A stretch of DNA of 64,000 nt, from assembly GCF_963921235.1 (NCBI RefSeq), contig NC_086108.1:69628001-69692000 (forward strand), read 5' to 3'. Each line of letters opens with the position of its first letter. Position 1 is the stretch's first letter. Shown here piece after piece: positions 27,201-40,254 of the stretch. The DNA is from Mobula hypostoma (taxonomy: Eukaryota). The position numbers and the translations under genes are program-made. A model generated the notes under the pieces. It worked only from the letters and a program-made list of their open reading frames with translations. It ran no database searches and had not been told where the DNA came from.

Positions 27201-28950
27201 CCTTTCACCCCTCATACTTCTGAATTCTAGTGAATACAAGCCCAGAACCATCAAGCACTCTTCATATGACAAACTGTTCAATCTTGGAATCATTTTCGTG
27301 AACTTCCTTTGAACACTCTCCAGTTTCATCACATCCTTTCAAAGATAAGGGGCCCAAAACTGCTCACAATACTCCGAGGCCTCATCAGTGCTTTATCAAG
27401 TCTCAACATTACATCCTTGCTTTTACATTCTCGTCCTCTTAAAATGAATGCTAATATTGCATTTACCTACCTCATCACAGACTCAACCTGCAAATTAATC
27501 TTTAGGGAATCCTGCTCAAGGACTTCCAAGTTCCTTTGCTCCTCAGTTTTTTGTATTTTCTCTCCATTTAGAGAATACTCTAGCCTTTTATTTTCTTTCT
27601 TCCAAAGTGTATATATTCGTACAGTTCCCAACACTGTATTCCATCTACCACTTTTTTGCCCATTCTCCTAATCTGTCTGTCCTTCTGTAGCCTCTTTTAT
27701 TCCTCAAAACTACCTGCTGTCCCCCTACCTTCATATCATCTGCAAACTTTGCAAAAAAAGCTATCAATTCCATCATTCAAAACATTGACATATAAAGTGA
27801 AAAGAATCGGTCCCAATACACCACTAGTCACTGACAGCCAATCAGAAAAGGCTCCCTTTATTCCCACTCTTTGCCACTGCTCTATCCATGCTAGAATCTT
27901 CCCTGTAATAACATGGGTTCATAACTTGTTTAGCAGCCTCGTATGTGGCACCTTGTCAAAGGCGTTCTGCAAGTCCAAGTAAACAACATCAGCTGATTCT
28001 CCTTTGTCTATCCTGCATGTTATTTCTTCAAAGAATTCCAACGGATTTGTCAGGCAAGATTTTCCCTTGAGAAAACCATGCTGACCATGGCCTATTTTAT
28101 CATGTGCCTCCAAATACCCCAATACTACATCCTTAACAATCGACTCCAACGTATTCCCAATCACCAAGGTCAGACAAACTGACCAAAGTTCATTTCTTCT
28201 CCTTCTCTCCCTTTTTGAAGAGTGGAGTGTAAATTCCTCTGGAACCATTCCAGAATTTAGTGATTCTTGAAAGATCATTACCTAATGCCTCCACAATCTC
28301 TTCAGCCACCTCTTTCAGAACCCAAGATTCCAAACAAATACAACGTCAGCACTCATTCAAGAGGACTAAAATATTAGGACATGATGCAGGCTTTACAAGG
28401 CATTGGTCAGACCACACTGGGGAGTATTGAGAGCAGTTTTGGGCCCCTTATCTAAGATATGCTGGCATTGAAGAGTGTTCAGAGAAGGCTCACGAGAATG
28501 ATTCCGAGAATGAAAGGCTTAACGTTAGAGGAGTGCTTGATGGCTCTAGGCCTGTACTCAGAGTTTAGAAAAATGAGAAGGGATATTATCAAAATCTATT
28601 GAATATTGAATGGCCAAGACAGAGCAGATGTGGAGGGATGTTTTCAAGCGTAGAGTCTAGGACATGAGGGTACAGCCTCAGAATAGAAGGATGTTCATTT
28701 AGACAGAAATGAGAAGGAACTTCTTTAGCCAGAGGGTGGCGACGCTGTGGAATTCACTGCCACGGATGGCTGGGGAGGTCAAGTCACTGAGTATATTTAA
28801 AGCAGAGGTTGGTAGCTTCTTAGTTAGTCAGGGGGTCAAAGATTAGGCGCAGAAGACAAGAGAATGGGCTTAAATCAGCCATGATAGAATGGCAAAGCAG
28901 ACTCGATGGGCCAAGGGACCTAATTCTACTCCAGTGTCTTATGTCTTATG
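24240..28950 (+). mobile_element. Long decayed CR1 LINE (SGNH-esterase-type ORF1, APE, RT, 3' end), interrupted by a nested CR1
   Basis: VAVGESIVTG..VCCLPGA and VEHIGPND (esterase blocks), LKVLYLNVS (APE start), [26 protein letters not shown]1 3' end near 28950. Confidence 0.92.
26850..28334 (-). mobile_element. CR1 LINE nested antisense inside another CR1
   Basis: RNFFSQRVVNLWKSLP and QHGFLKGKSCLTN on the minus strand. Flanking duplication caaata at 26844-26849 and 28335-28340. Confidence 0.9.
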
Positions 28951-29274
28951 GAAGTGTAGTTCCTAACAATATAACTTATAACCTTAATTCGTACCTTAAT
29001 GTGTTACCCTTAATTTAACAAAATACTGCAATGCATATCACAAAACTTCAAAACAGACTTTGCCACTAAGCCTCATAAATAGATATTAGACCAAAAACTT
29101 AGCTAAGGATGTAGGCCTGAAGGAGTGGTTTTAAATGAAGCAATAGAGATACCGAGGAATGAAAGTTTTGGGAGGAAATTGCGGATTAAACACCTGAAGG
29201 CACATCCGTCAACAGAACAGCCTAAGTGGGAATTGCTGGAGATCAACAGCGACAGAGGTTAAGAGTGAAAACGA

Positions 29275-30935
29275 CTTAATTGAAGGGCCATCGCAGAAAT
29301 ATTTAAGTCATCCTTAGCAATAGGTGAGGTACCGGAGGTTTCGAGAATAGCCAATGTTATTCCACTGTTCAAGATAGGCTCCATAAATAAACCAGAAAAT
29401 TATAGGCTGGTGAGCTTGACATCAGTAGTGCGAAAATTATTACAGGGTATTCTGAGGGACTGGGTATATAGGTATTTGGATAGACATTGACTGATTAAGG
29501 ATAGTCAGCATGGCTTTGTGCTTGGTAAGTCATATCTGACTAATAAGAGTTTTTCAAGAAAGTTACCAGGAAAGCTGATGAAGGCAAGGCAGTGGATGTT
29601 ATCTACATGGACTTTAGTAAGGTATTGGACAAGGTTGGTTGAGAAAGTCCAGTCACTCAGCATTCAAGGTGAGGTAGTAAATTGGGTTGGATGTTAGCAT
29701 TGTGGGAGAAGCCAGAGAGTGGTAGTAGATGGTTGCCTCTCTGAATGGAGGCCTGTGACTAATGGTGTGCTGCAGAGATCAGTGCTGGGTCCTTTGTTGT
29801 TTGTCATCTATATCAACAATCTAGATAATAACGTGGTTAAACGCATCAGCACATTTGCAGATGACACCAAGATTGGGGGTGTAGTGGACAGTGAGGAAGA
29901 CTGTCATGGCTTGCAGCAGGATCTGGACCAGCTGGAAAAAGCTGAGGAATGGCAGATGGAATTTAATGCAGATAAGTGCGAGATATTGCACTTTGGTAAG
30001 ACCAGCCAGGGTAGGTCTCACACAGTGAGCAGTAAGGCACAGAGGAGTGTGACAGAAAAAAAGGATCTGGGAACAAAGGTTCACAATTTGTTGAAAGTGG
30101 CATCACAGGTAGATAGGGTCATAAAGAAAGCTTCTGACACACTGGCTTTCATAAATCAAAGAGATGGAATGTTATGCTTAAGTCACATTGGTGAGGCCTA
30201 ATTTGGAGTACTGTGTGCAGTTTTGGTCACCTACCTGCAGGAAAGATGTAAATAAGGTTGAACGGGTACAGAGGAATTTACATGGATGTTCACAAACAAA
30301 AGAAAATCTGCAGGTGCTGGAAATCCAAACAACACACACAAAATGCTGGAGATTAATCTACTGCTCAGTTTTTTTTCTCCAGTCCTCCTGAAGGGTTTCG
30401 GCCCGAAATGTCGACTGTACTTGTTTCCATAGGCGCTGCATAGCCTGCTGAATTCCTCCAGCAGTTTGTGTGTGTTGCTTTACATGGACGTTGCCAGGTC
30501 TGGAGGAACTGAGTTATAAGGAAAGACTGAATAGGTTAGGACTTTAGAAGGTTAGAAGATTGAGAGGAGATTTGATAGAGGTATACAAACTTATAAGGGG
30601 TATAGACAGGGTAAATGCAAGCTGGGTTTTTTCCACTGAGGCTGGTGGGACTACAACCAGAGGTCATGGGTTAAGGGTGAAAGGTGAAAAGTTAAAGGTG
30701 GAACATGAGGGGAAACTTCTTCACTCTGAGAGTCCTGAGAGCATGAAATGAGCTGCCAGTGAAAGTGGTTCATGCAAGCTGGATTTCAATTTTTAAGAGG
30801 TTTGGATAGGTATATGGATATTAGGGGTATGGAGGGCTCTGTGGTCCTGGTGCAGGTTGATGGGAGTAGGCAATCTAAATGGTTCAGCATGACTAGATGG
30901 GCCAAAGGGCCTGTTTCTGTACTGTACTTTTCTAT
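29275..30935 (+). mobile_element. CR1 LINE RT to 3' end, with a Penelope-derived insert
   Basis: [48 protein letters not shown]. Confidence 0.95.
30291..30478. mobile_element. Penelope-like inverted pLTR mini-insertion with 14-bp TSD
   Basis: Two oppositely oriented pLTR ends (caacacacacaaaatgctggag vs ctccagcagtttgtgtgtgttg). TSD tttacatggatgtt (30277-30290) and tttacatggacgtt (30479-30492). Confidence 0.85.
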
Positions 30936-31574
30936 GAAAGCAGTTAATGCATGGATGCACGCAGATTTACGTGATGGAGACCGGCAGAGACCTGACAATC
31001 CCACTGAACGTCGGGTAAATCTGTTTTGTGGCAGCAGTACAGTGAAAGCCATAAATTGAGTACAATTTACAATGAAAGTAAATAAGTAATGCGGCAGAGG
31101 GATAGCAAGGTAGTGTTCAGCTTCTTTCTCTCAGAAACATCAACTTCAGCAATGTTAGCTCTCATATCCACTAATACAACCAATGATACTCAGTTTTCAA
31201 GAATACTACATACATTAAAGCTTTCACTAAAATAAAAGTGGATTGTGGTCAATATTTCATTCTGGAGTCAATCTAAAATCAAAGATGCTGGTTCAATTTG
31301 CCAGCGAGAGACCAGGAAAGATGGAACTGGGAAAAAGAGCTTGTGGCTTTCAAAGGTAATGTCTTAGATCTTCATTGTGTTTTACCAGAGGAAATTTCTG
31401 CTGATGCAGTACTGGATATTGAAGTATTACAAGTTGGAGACTTTCGAAGGGTTAGGGAACGAGGCAGAATTGGCTACCATTCAGAGCAGAAGTGGAACTG
31501 ATGCAATATTTCTGGATGATGTTGCTGAATGTAAATGAGTTAGTGTTGGTGGTGGTGGTGGGGGGAAATCACTT

Positions 31575-32160
31575 TCTTCTTAGACAATCCTTTGGGAAGA
31601 AGGATGACTTACTTCTCCTCCAGTTCCGTAAATTCCAAAATGACTGAAGAAACCAGTGTGGGTCCTACAGATCGTGCCACAAGTGGAGTAGAAGGTACCC
31701 GACAGGATGGACAGCTTTGGAACTCTGTCTGATATGGTGGCCTATGCATAGACCTGCACACAAGCTTGAGTTGTTCAAAGCCACTCCAAATGCTTCAACA
31801 CCACTGTAACCAGTCATAGGGCAGCAAAAATCTCATTAGTTGGTGTGGATCCTACATTTTTCCAAGGAGGTTTTGAGAACATCATTAAATCTTTTCCTCT
31901 ATTTATCTAGTACTAACTTCCTGACAGGGCTTGGATTCGAATACCTAGTTCAATCATCCGGGATCAAGCACACAAACAGCATGGCCTGGCTAATGGGCTG
32001 CACTGAGCGACTCAGATGGGAAAGGACAATGACTTTAGTTTGCTTATCGAGCCAGTAATTTGGAAGACTTTGCAGAGATAGTGATGGTGATCTTCCTCCA
32101 GAACGGTTAAGTGCTTGCTGTAGATAGCCCAGGCTTCAGAAGCATACAAAAGGCAAGAAT
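31575..32160 (-). mobile_element. Old RTE-clade LINE 3' fragment
   Basis: Minus strand reads gatgttctcaaaacctccttggaaaaatgt (DVLKTSLEKC), similar to the RTE C-terminal region; heavily decayed. Confidence 0.55.
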
Positions 32161-32299
32161 CATTGCTCCTAGATGCTTAATGCTGTATTACCCCACATAA
32201 GCTAAGGATATGCTGACACACTGAAAGTGATGGTAAGTAAAGGATATATTCTAAGAAGCACAAGAGGCGTGGAATAGAAAAAGAAGCGTTCAAAGGTGA

Positions 32300-32390
32300 T
32301 TCACACAAAATGCTGGAGGAACTCAGCAGGTCAAGCAACATCTATGGAAATGAATATACAATCAATGTCTCGGGCCAAGACCCTTCATTC
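32300..32390 (-). mobile_element. Penelope-like pLTR fragment
   Basis: cacacaaaatgctggaggaactcagcaggtcaagcaacatctatggaaa...cgggccaagacccttca. Confidence 0.8.
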
Positions 32391-33379
32391 GCCCATCTTC
32401 AATGGTGATTCTCCGGTTATGACCTGATAGACAAGATGGAAATAAATGTGTTCTATCCTTCTCATCTGGAAAAGGATGAAGGAGGATGCTATAGTCAATC
32501 ATTATTTCACAGGATATTATTAGTGTTTTTGACAACAACCATTTTGGCAACATGGCAGGAACAGGAGATTAGAGGTATAGAACCAAGGCACTTTGGGAAA
32601 GGAAGAAAGAAGTGGGAAACTGTATGTTCAAAAACTTGAGAGGAAAGGGGCTTGGATATGGGTCAATAATTTAAGGATGAGGGCTGACAACAACAGGTTT
32701 GAAGAAGACAGCCAAGGAAAGAAAATCATTCACAATATGAGTTGAATGTTGTAGAATGGAAACCCCCATGGTTAGCAATTTGATGGGAACAATATCGGCT
32801 TAGAAAGGGAACAAGATGGGTCAGGAATAAACAATGCAATTCAGGGCTGTAGGCACATTGTGGGTTTGTACTTTGTCTGATAAGCTAAAATATGAGAAGA
32901 AAATGCCTTTTGATGATATACTTTTTAATCTTAGTTCCAAAGAAACAAATTTCTTACAACAAGAGTGGTAGGAATGGGCCAAATTTAGCTTGTAATACAG
33001 AAATTCATCATAGACTAGTATGTACATTTTCAAGTCTCTACATTTTAAACATCTGATTTGTAAAAGAATATGCAATCTGGACACATTAAATTCCCATCTA
33101 TGTTCACTGTGACTTAAAAAGGCTGGCAACAGAGTACACTATGTGATGTGGTCAAATAACAGTATCTATTTAGTGCCAGTACAATTTCAATCTGCTCATA
33201 GAACAGTACATCACAGAAACAGGCCGTTCGGCCCACGATGTTGTACCGAATGATTATTCAGTACTGTTTTGGAAGGAGAAAAACCACCCTTCCCCACTCC
33301 CCATTTATTTATTGGAGTATTTGTCGGAAAGGATGGGTGGGCAAGCAGGAAGTGCCCTATACAAATAATGAGAAAATAG

Positions 33380-34320
33380 CGAAGTACGACGACTGGGGGT
33401 CAAATGTATTATCACTCAAAACAGAAGATGTTAATTTATAAGGAACTGCATTACAAGTGAACACATGTCGTCCCCTTAAATCGGAGGCCTTAATTTGCAA
33501 GTTACATCTGCCAAACATGTTCTCCATACAATTTAAACCCTGTTGGTTCATCCCCCACCCTCCCAGCTGCACTACAACAGCCGCCTTCGCAGTACCAGCC
33601 CATCCGCAGCTGAATCCAGCCTCTGGGGGCTGCCGAAGGCCGGAGGCCAGTCGGCCTCGGCCGGGTAGGCCCAGCACAAACTTAAAAACAAGCCCCAAAC
33701 TTTCCGTAAACTACGCCCGCAGGTTTGTTTCCATGTTAATCGTTTGCCTTTGCCACACAGGCCCAATGTAATGCGAACGTTATGCAGTCAAATGTAAGGG
33801 TTCTCAAGGGCCAGAGCCGGTTTTCGCAATCCAGTGATTTATCTTATAGATATCGTCCTAAACGCATTAACAGTACGAACATTTTGAGTGAGATCGCCCT
33901 GCTTTTACCTGAGTGAGTGTAAAGTGCCCCGCCATGCTGGTTCCTTCACTTTAGCCCATCATGCACTGAAAAAAGTTCGCCAGTCCAGGGCTACAAATAA
34001 AACCTGGCACCGGAATTCCAATGGCGTACACTTCCTGGACTGATTTATCATAGTACTGTTTGCCGGCAAATACTCGGACAGACACATTTCCTTTCATGCC
34101 TGTAGCAATCACTAAATAAAACTGGTAAGCAAATTCAAAGCCCAAGCAGAGTGGAGAATTAGCTGTCTGAAAGGCAGAGAGTAAAGGTGATGGGGAGCCG
34201 TAGGATGAAATCCTGCAATTATCAGTGCGAAGATACTTAACGTTAAAAAAAATGAACAATTCTCGCAATCTGGACACTTTTAAAAAAAACGTTTTTAAAT
34301 CTACAGATGCCGCCAAATGG
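33380..34320. promoter_or_regulatory. EPS15 CpG-rich promoter and first-exon region
   Basis: Repeat-free, CpG-enriched segment around the putative exon 1. Contains an ETS-like ACTTCCTG (~34030) and AATGGCG (~34020). Confidence 0.6.
33909..33935 (-). CDS. EPS15: EPS15 coding exon 1 (MAGHFTLTQ)
   Basis: Minus strand reads agcATGGCGGGGCACTTTACACTCACTCAG|gtaaaa. It resembles the vertebrate EPS15 exon-1 peptide ending LTQ at a phase-0 donor, lies in a CpG-rich zone, and is head-to-head with OSBPL9 as in mammals. Only 9 codons; exon 2 was not found in the window. Confidence 0.8.
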
Positions 34321-35574
34321 AAGTGAAAATAATTCATGAGAAATAGCAAGTTGAAGGCAACAATCATAAACAGATGCCATTGCGTCAGTTTCATTTATTA
34401 GTGATTCAGTAGATTAGTTCTTAAAAACAATAATACGCTAAATTCTAAAAGTGCTAAAAACACATTTTGCTTCCTTCCATCTTGGATGAAGTCTTCCGTT
34501 TATTATTCAGTTTGCCCAGCGTGATTACTTCTGTTCCAGTATATGCCTGCATTACGTTTGCAAAGTCTGCAAGCTTAGTTTAAATATTATGGGTTTAAAG
34601 AACAATTAGACCTTACTAATAACGAATGCTTGGTTTTCTCTGGTTTCCGTTGAATTTTAACCAGGACTTTTCATACGTGTCAAACATCTTCCTCCAACTT
34701 CTCAAAAGGTCCAATCTTCACATCCATAAAACATCCTGGAAAAAAAACTTTTTTATTTGAGCTATTCAGGAAAGGAGTGAGACAGAAAGCAGGAACTTGG
34801 CCTAACATCTGTTATAGAAAAAAATAACGGAATTTTTATGGAGAAGATAATAGCAAGACATTTAAAACATCAAAAAACAATCAAGGAGAATAAAAATTCT
34901 GGTACAAAAAGGAAATGATGCAAAACAAATTAGTTAGAATTCTTCCAGAATACAATATAACAAAAAGGGTGGATTAAGCGAAGCTAGTAAATTTAGTATA
35001 TTTGTATTTCCACAAGGCATTTGATAAAGTGCCAAATGAAAGGTTACTGCAGAGGAAAAGGGTGCACAACAAAACAGAAATATATTCTTCAAAAGATGTA
35101 TCAACCTCAAATTTAACCCTAGCTTAATCAATTTACAATGACTAATTAACCAGTACATCTATGGAATGTGGGAGGACACTGGAGCACCCAGAGAAACCCA
35201 CGCACTCCATGGAGAGGGCACCCTAAGTTGTAATAGCATCATACTATCCACTATGGATGTATTTGACATGGAAGTTGATAGGTTCTTGATTAGTAAGGGA
35301 GTCAAAGGGAGAAGGCAGGAGAATAGGATTGAGAGGGATAATAAATCAGCTATGGTGGAATGACGGCACTGACTCGATGTGCCAAATTGCCTAATTCTGC
35401 TCCTCTATTTTATGCATGGATGGCGAAATGGATAACAGAAAACAAAGACTCATAATAAGTAAGTCTTTTTCAGATTGGCAATCAATAACTAGAGGGCACC
35501 AAGTGGATCAATGTTAAGGTCTTAGCCATTCACAATTTGCAGCCATAGTTAGGATGAAGAAGCTGAGTGTAGAG

Positions 35575-36165
35575 CAGACAAGCAGGATCTCACGTGGTCT
35601 GTACACACCAGCTGTCTGGTGAAAAAGTACAACAGCACCTCTTTCACCTCAGGTTGAGGAAGTTTGGTATGGGCCCCCAAATCCCAAGCACTTTCTACAG
35701 GGGCACAATTAAGAGCATCCTGACTGGCTGCATCACTGCCTGGTATGGGAACTGTACCTCCCTTAATTGCAGGATTCTGCAGAGCGGTGCGGACAGCCCT
35801 GCGCATCTGTACCTGTGAACTTCCCGTGATTCAGGACATTTACAAGGACAGCTGTGTAAAAAGTGCCGTAGGATCATTGGGGACCTGAGTCACCCCAACC
35901 ACAATCTAATCCAGCTGCTACCATCTGGAAAACGGTACCGCAGCATAAAAGCCAGGACCAACAGACTTCGGGACAGCTTCTTCCACCAGGCCATCAGACT
36001 GATTAACTCATGCTGATTTGAGTGTATTTCTATGTTACATTGACTGTTCTATTTATTATAAATTACTATGATTGTATATTGCACATTTAGACAGATGTAA
36101 CATAAAGAATTTTATTCCTCATATAAGTGAAGGATGTAAGAAATATAAGTCAATTCAATTCAATT
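35575..36165 (+). mobile_element. Rex1/Babar 3' fragment
   Basis: QQHLFHLRLRKFG..FYRGTIKSILTGCITAWYGNC, with a (caatt)n tail. Confidence 0.9.
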
Positions 36166-38189
36166 CTGGTGACATAAAGAGAAATAGGTAGGTTAAAGGA
36201 TTAGCAAGATAGAGGCCAATAGAATATGATGTGGAAGAATGTTAGGTTATACATTTCAGAAAAATAAAAAGTAATAAAATATTTCTGTACATAAAGTTCG
36301 TACACAGTTACAGAAAGTAATTAGAAAGGCTAATGGAATCTTAGCCTTTATGGCACGGAGTAAGGGCTTTAATGTTAGGGAAGTTTGATGCAACCTTACA
36401 GAGCAATGGTGAGACCACACGTGGAATACTGTTTTATGATGATTGATGAACTTGCATTCCGGACTGTACAGAAAGTGTTTACAAGTTGATTCCACGGATG
36501 AAATTGTCACATGAAGAAAGGACGTGGCATAATGGAATTTTTAAAATTGCAAGATAATCTTATTGACACATCATGAGAAACAGCATCCCCTCTGTGGACT
36601 CTGTCTAAACTTCTTGCTGCCTCAGGGAAAACAGCTAGCATAACCAAAGACCCCACTCCAGGCATTCTATCTTCTCTGCTCTCCCATCAGACAGAAGATA
36701 CAAGTACCTGAAAGCATGTACCATTGGACTCATGGACAGCTTCTGTCCTGCTGTTATCAGGCTTGTGAATGGGCCTCTTGTGCATAAGATGGACTCTTGA
36801 CCTCACAATCTATCTTATTATGATCTTGTTCTTTACTGTTTACCTGCACTGCACTTTCTCTATCGCTTTTACATTTTATTCTGCCTTCTTATTGATTTAC
36901 CTTGTTCTACCTCAGTGCACTGTGTAATAATTTGATCTATATGAACAGCTTTTCACTCTATTTTGATACATGTGACAATAAACCAAGAACAATAAACATA
37001 CAAGATTTTTTTGGGGGGAGGTGGTTGGCAAAATGGAGTGGAGAGTATGTTTCCCTCTAGAGTGTACCTTGAAGTCAAAGGTGTAGTTTTGGAATAAGAG
37101 ATTACCCATTTTTCAGAAGATGAAAATCAGTGTAATTCTCCATCAGTGGTGTCATTGACAATATGTGCAGTGGAAATAGACAGGTACTTGACAAAACGTT
37201 CAAGAGAGCAGAAAATGTGTTGAAGACAAGGTTGAATAAACCATGATTTCTTTTGAACGGTGGATCCAGGGCCAAGTGGCCTACTCCTGCTCCATTTCCT
37301 ATCTTTATACAGTAATGTATCAATAGCATGATCAAAGTTGAAATTGTTTTCTTTTCAAGTTTCTGATTTTTGATTCTGTCTGTGCACACCCTCTTTTCAC
37401 CAGTTAGCAACTACATATTTAGAATTCATCTAAATCTCTAGATAATGTAACCTTTGTGCTTTTGAAGTTCAATGACAGACCAGCTCCTGCAGTCTCTTCT
37501 TTGATATTCACAAGTGCACTTTTGGCCAATAGATCAAAGTAGTGAAGTGATAAGCATTATCAAGAGCACCAAATTAAGAGACTCCAAATGATAATATACT
37601 TAGGAACTTACATTTTGCTACCAAAATAAATCTGAAATAACAAACGTGTATCAGTAATGATGACAATGTAATCAATGGATTTGCATTTTAAAATGATAAC
37701 TAGTGAACTTTAGATAAGAAATTTGCTACACTTACCTGATTTGAACCAGAATATTTAAGTGCAAATTTATACCCACAAATATATTTCTTACAACATCCTT
37801 ATGTACAAGTAATGCCAGAACACTGCAATGCAGTTGATTCTTATCAAAGCACTGAAATGGCCTTGCATCAAAGCCACTGTAAAAAGCAGCATTACTAATA
37901 AAACGAGATGGACCACCAACCATAATCCTAAACTTCGAACAGGGCACACTCTGCAATATACTCCTTTCCAGCTGCCACAAAACAAAGTAAGCAACAAAGA
38001 ATGTAATTATTTCATAGAAACATAACTTTCAGACTCTTAATGATGTTAGAGTCACACACAATTGTGAATAAATCGCCCTGGGAACCTCAACACTGATGTC
38101 TCCAGATTTCCTTCTTTCAGTTGAAATTTAATTTGTTCATATTCAATTCTGAAGCAGCATTACAGGTAGCCAAAGTTTAGAATATACAA

Positions 38190-39050
38190 CAATGCCCATT
38201 AATGGGGACGGTCTGTGGTGAGTGGTGTTCCACCAGAATCAGTGCTTAGCCTCTTTTATTTGTTATACTAACAAATAGGATGAAAGTAGAAGTGATCTGA
38301 TTAGTAAGGCTGCTGATGAAAAGAAAATTGATCGTTTTGGATATTGAAGAAGGTTTTCAAAGGACAGAATAAGGTATATATAAACCAGGTGGAAATGTGG
38401 GCAGAGAAATGGAGGTAGAATTTCACCCAGACAAGTGTGAGGATATATTCTGAGAAGTCAAATACAAGAGGAAGGCTTACCGTGAAATGGAAAGACCCTT
38501 AGGACCAGTGGTGTAGAGAGGAATTCTGGGGTGGAAGTTCAGCTCCCTGAAAGTGGCAATACAAGTTGATAAGGTGGGAAGGAAAGGATACAGCATGCCT
38601 GCCTTAATCAGTCAGGGTATTGAGTATAAAAGATGGGAAGTCACATTCCAGCTGTATAACGTTCTCTTCACTGTGTTACATGAAAGATTTTGAAGCTTTG
38701 GAGATGGTGATGAAAAGATTTACAAGGATATCGACTGTATTATCTATAACGGAGAGGTTGGACAAATTTGGGTTGTTTTCACTGGAAGCTCTGGGGGTTG
38801 AGCTGACAAAGAGACAAAATTGATTGATAGGATTGACAGCCTTTTTTCCAGGTGGAAATGTCAAATACTAGTGGGCATAAGTTTAACATGAAATGGGGAA
38901 TGTTCAAAAAAAGATTTGCAAGTCAACTTTTTTTTTTCCTTATAGATTAGGAGGTGCCCTGGAATGGGCTGTTAGGGAAGATGATGTAAGCAAAAACAGC
39001 AGCACCATTTAGGAGGCATTCAGACAGACACTTGAACAGAAAGAACATAG
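38190..39050 (+). mobile_element. Old CR1 RT and 3' fragment
   Basis: gctgctgatgaaaagaaaattg (AADEKKI, decayed FADDTKI) and KRFTRI..ERLDKFGLFSLE. Confidence 0.75.
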
Positions 39051-39054
39051 AGAG

Positions 39055-39722
39055 CAACATACACAAAATGCTAGAGGAACTCAGCAGGCCAGGCAGCATC
39101 CATGGAAAAAAGTAGTCGACATTTCAGAAAGTAGTCGATGTTTTGGAAGTAATGAAAAAATAGACAGAAAATAGAGATAGGAATCTCTGCAAGCAGATGA
39201 GATAGGTAGATTGGCATCACAGCTGGGCCTGATATGTCGTTTGTGGCTTCCTCTACTGTCACAATGAGACCACATTCAGGTTGGAGGAGCAACACCTCAT
39301 ATTCTGAATGAATAGCCTCCAACTCGATGGCATAAACATCGATTTCTCTAATTTTCTGTCATTTTCCACCCTTCCCCTTCTCTTTTTTTTATTCCGCATT
39401 CTGGCTCTCCTCTTACCCCTTTGCTTCTCCTCACTTGCCCATCACCATGGTACACACTACTATCAGATTCTTCCTTCAGCCCTTTTCCACCTTTCACCTC
39501 CCAGCTTCTCACTTCATCCCTCCTCCTTCCTCCCACCTTCCCTCTCACCTGGCTTCACATATCACCTGCCAACATGTACTCATCCCTCCCTCCACTCACC
39601 TTCATATTCCGACTTCTACCCACTTCCTTTCCAGTCTTGAAGGATCTTGACCAAAACATCAACTGTTTATTCTTCTCCATATACGTTGCCTGACATGCTG
39701 AGTTCCACCAATATTTTGTGGT
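39055..39722 (+). mobile_element. Penelope-like element: inverted 5' pLTR piece, GIY-YIG C-terminus and 3' pLTR
   Basis: FRLEEQHLIF*MNSLQLDGINIDFSNF (~39275-39355), followed by a pyrimidine-rich UTR and pLTR end. An inverted copy of that end lies at 39055-39145. Confidence 0.85.
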
Positions 39723-40254
39723 ATATTTCTCTATTTGTACTGTTCTATGTTCCATCCCTGGACACTGCTTCGAATCGTTATTTTCAGGTGACCTATAACA
39801 CTGGAATCAAGTACAATACTAGATTCAACTTGAATTTATCAATCCAAGTTTGCCCACAAGTACAATCTGCTCAGTTTTGACCGTTATCTGATTCAAAGAA
39901 GTTTCTGAAACTATGACAGATGTTTACTTCTACCTAGCAGTACAGCATTTTGAATTTTGTTCTGTAAAATTCTTCTGTATTGACAGGAAAGTTAGAGAAG
40001 CAAATGAGAGGAACTAATGGAAAAGAAAAGGAGCTTGTGCTGATAAAATCAGGTATGTACCAAAAAGACAAAATAATCTTTCTTTTTAAGGCATTTATCT
40101 TGGGTTGCATCAGTGAAATTCTAAGGGAGGAATACATTATTGGTGATGTTGCTATTTAGATAAGAGAGAGAAACAAAATTTCAGGTCAATGGGCTATTGT
40201 CATGAAAAAGACTCAAGACCAAGGTTATTAGCTTGAGATAACAAAGATATTTAT

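Noticed and set aside
1..33908. EPS15 exons 2-3 (LSSGNPVYEKYYRQ-like)
   Set aside because: Searched by eye and not found; they probably lie left of the window.
33951..34394. 147-aa ORF as a gene
   Set aside because: No recognisable homology; it overlaps the EPS15 promoter/5'UTR and is probably a chance open frame.
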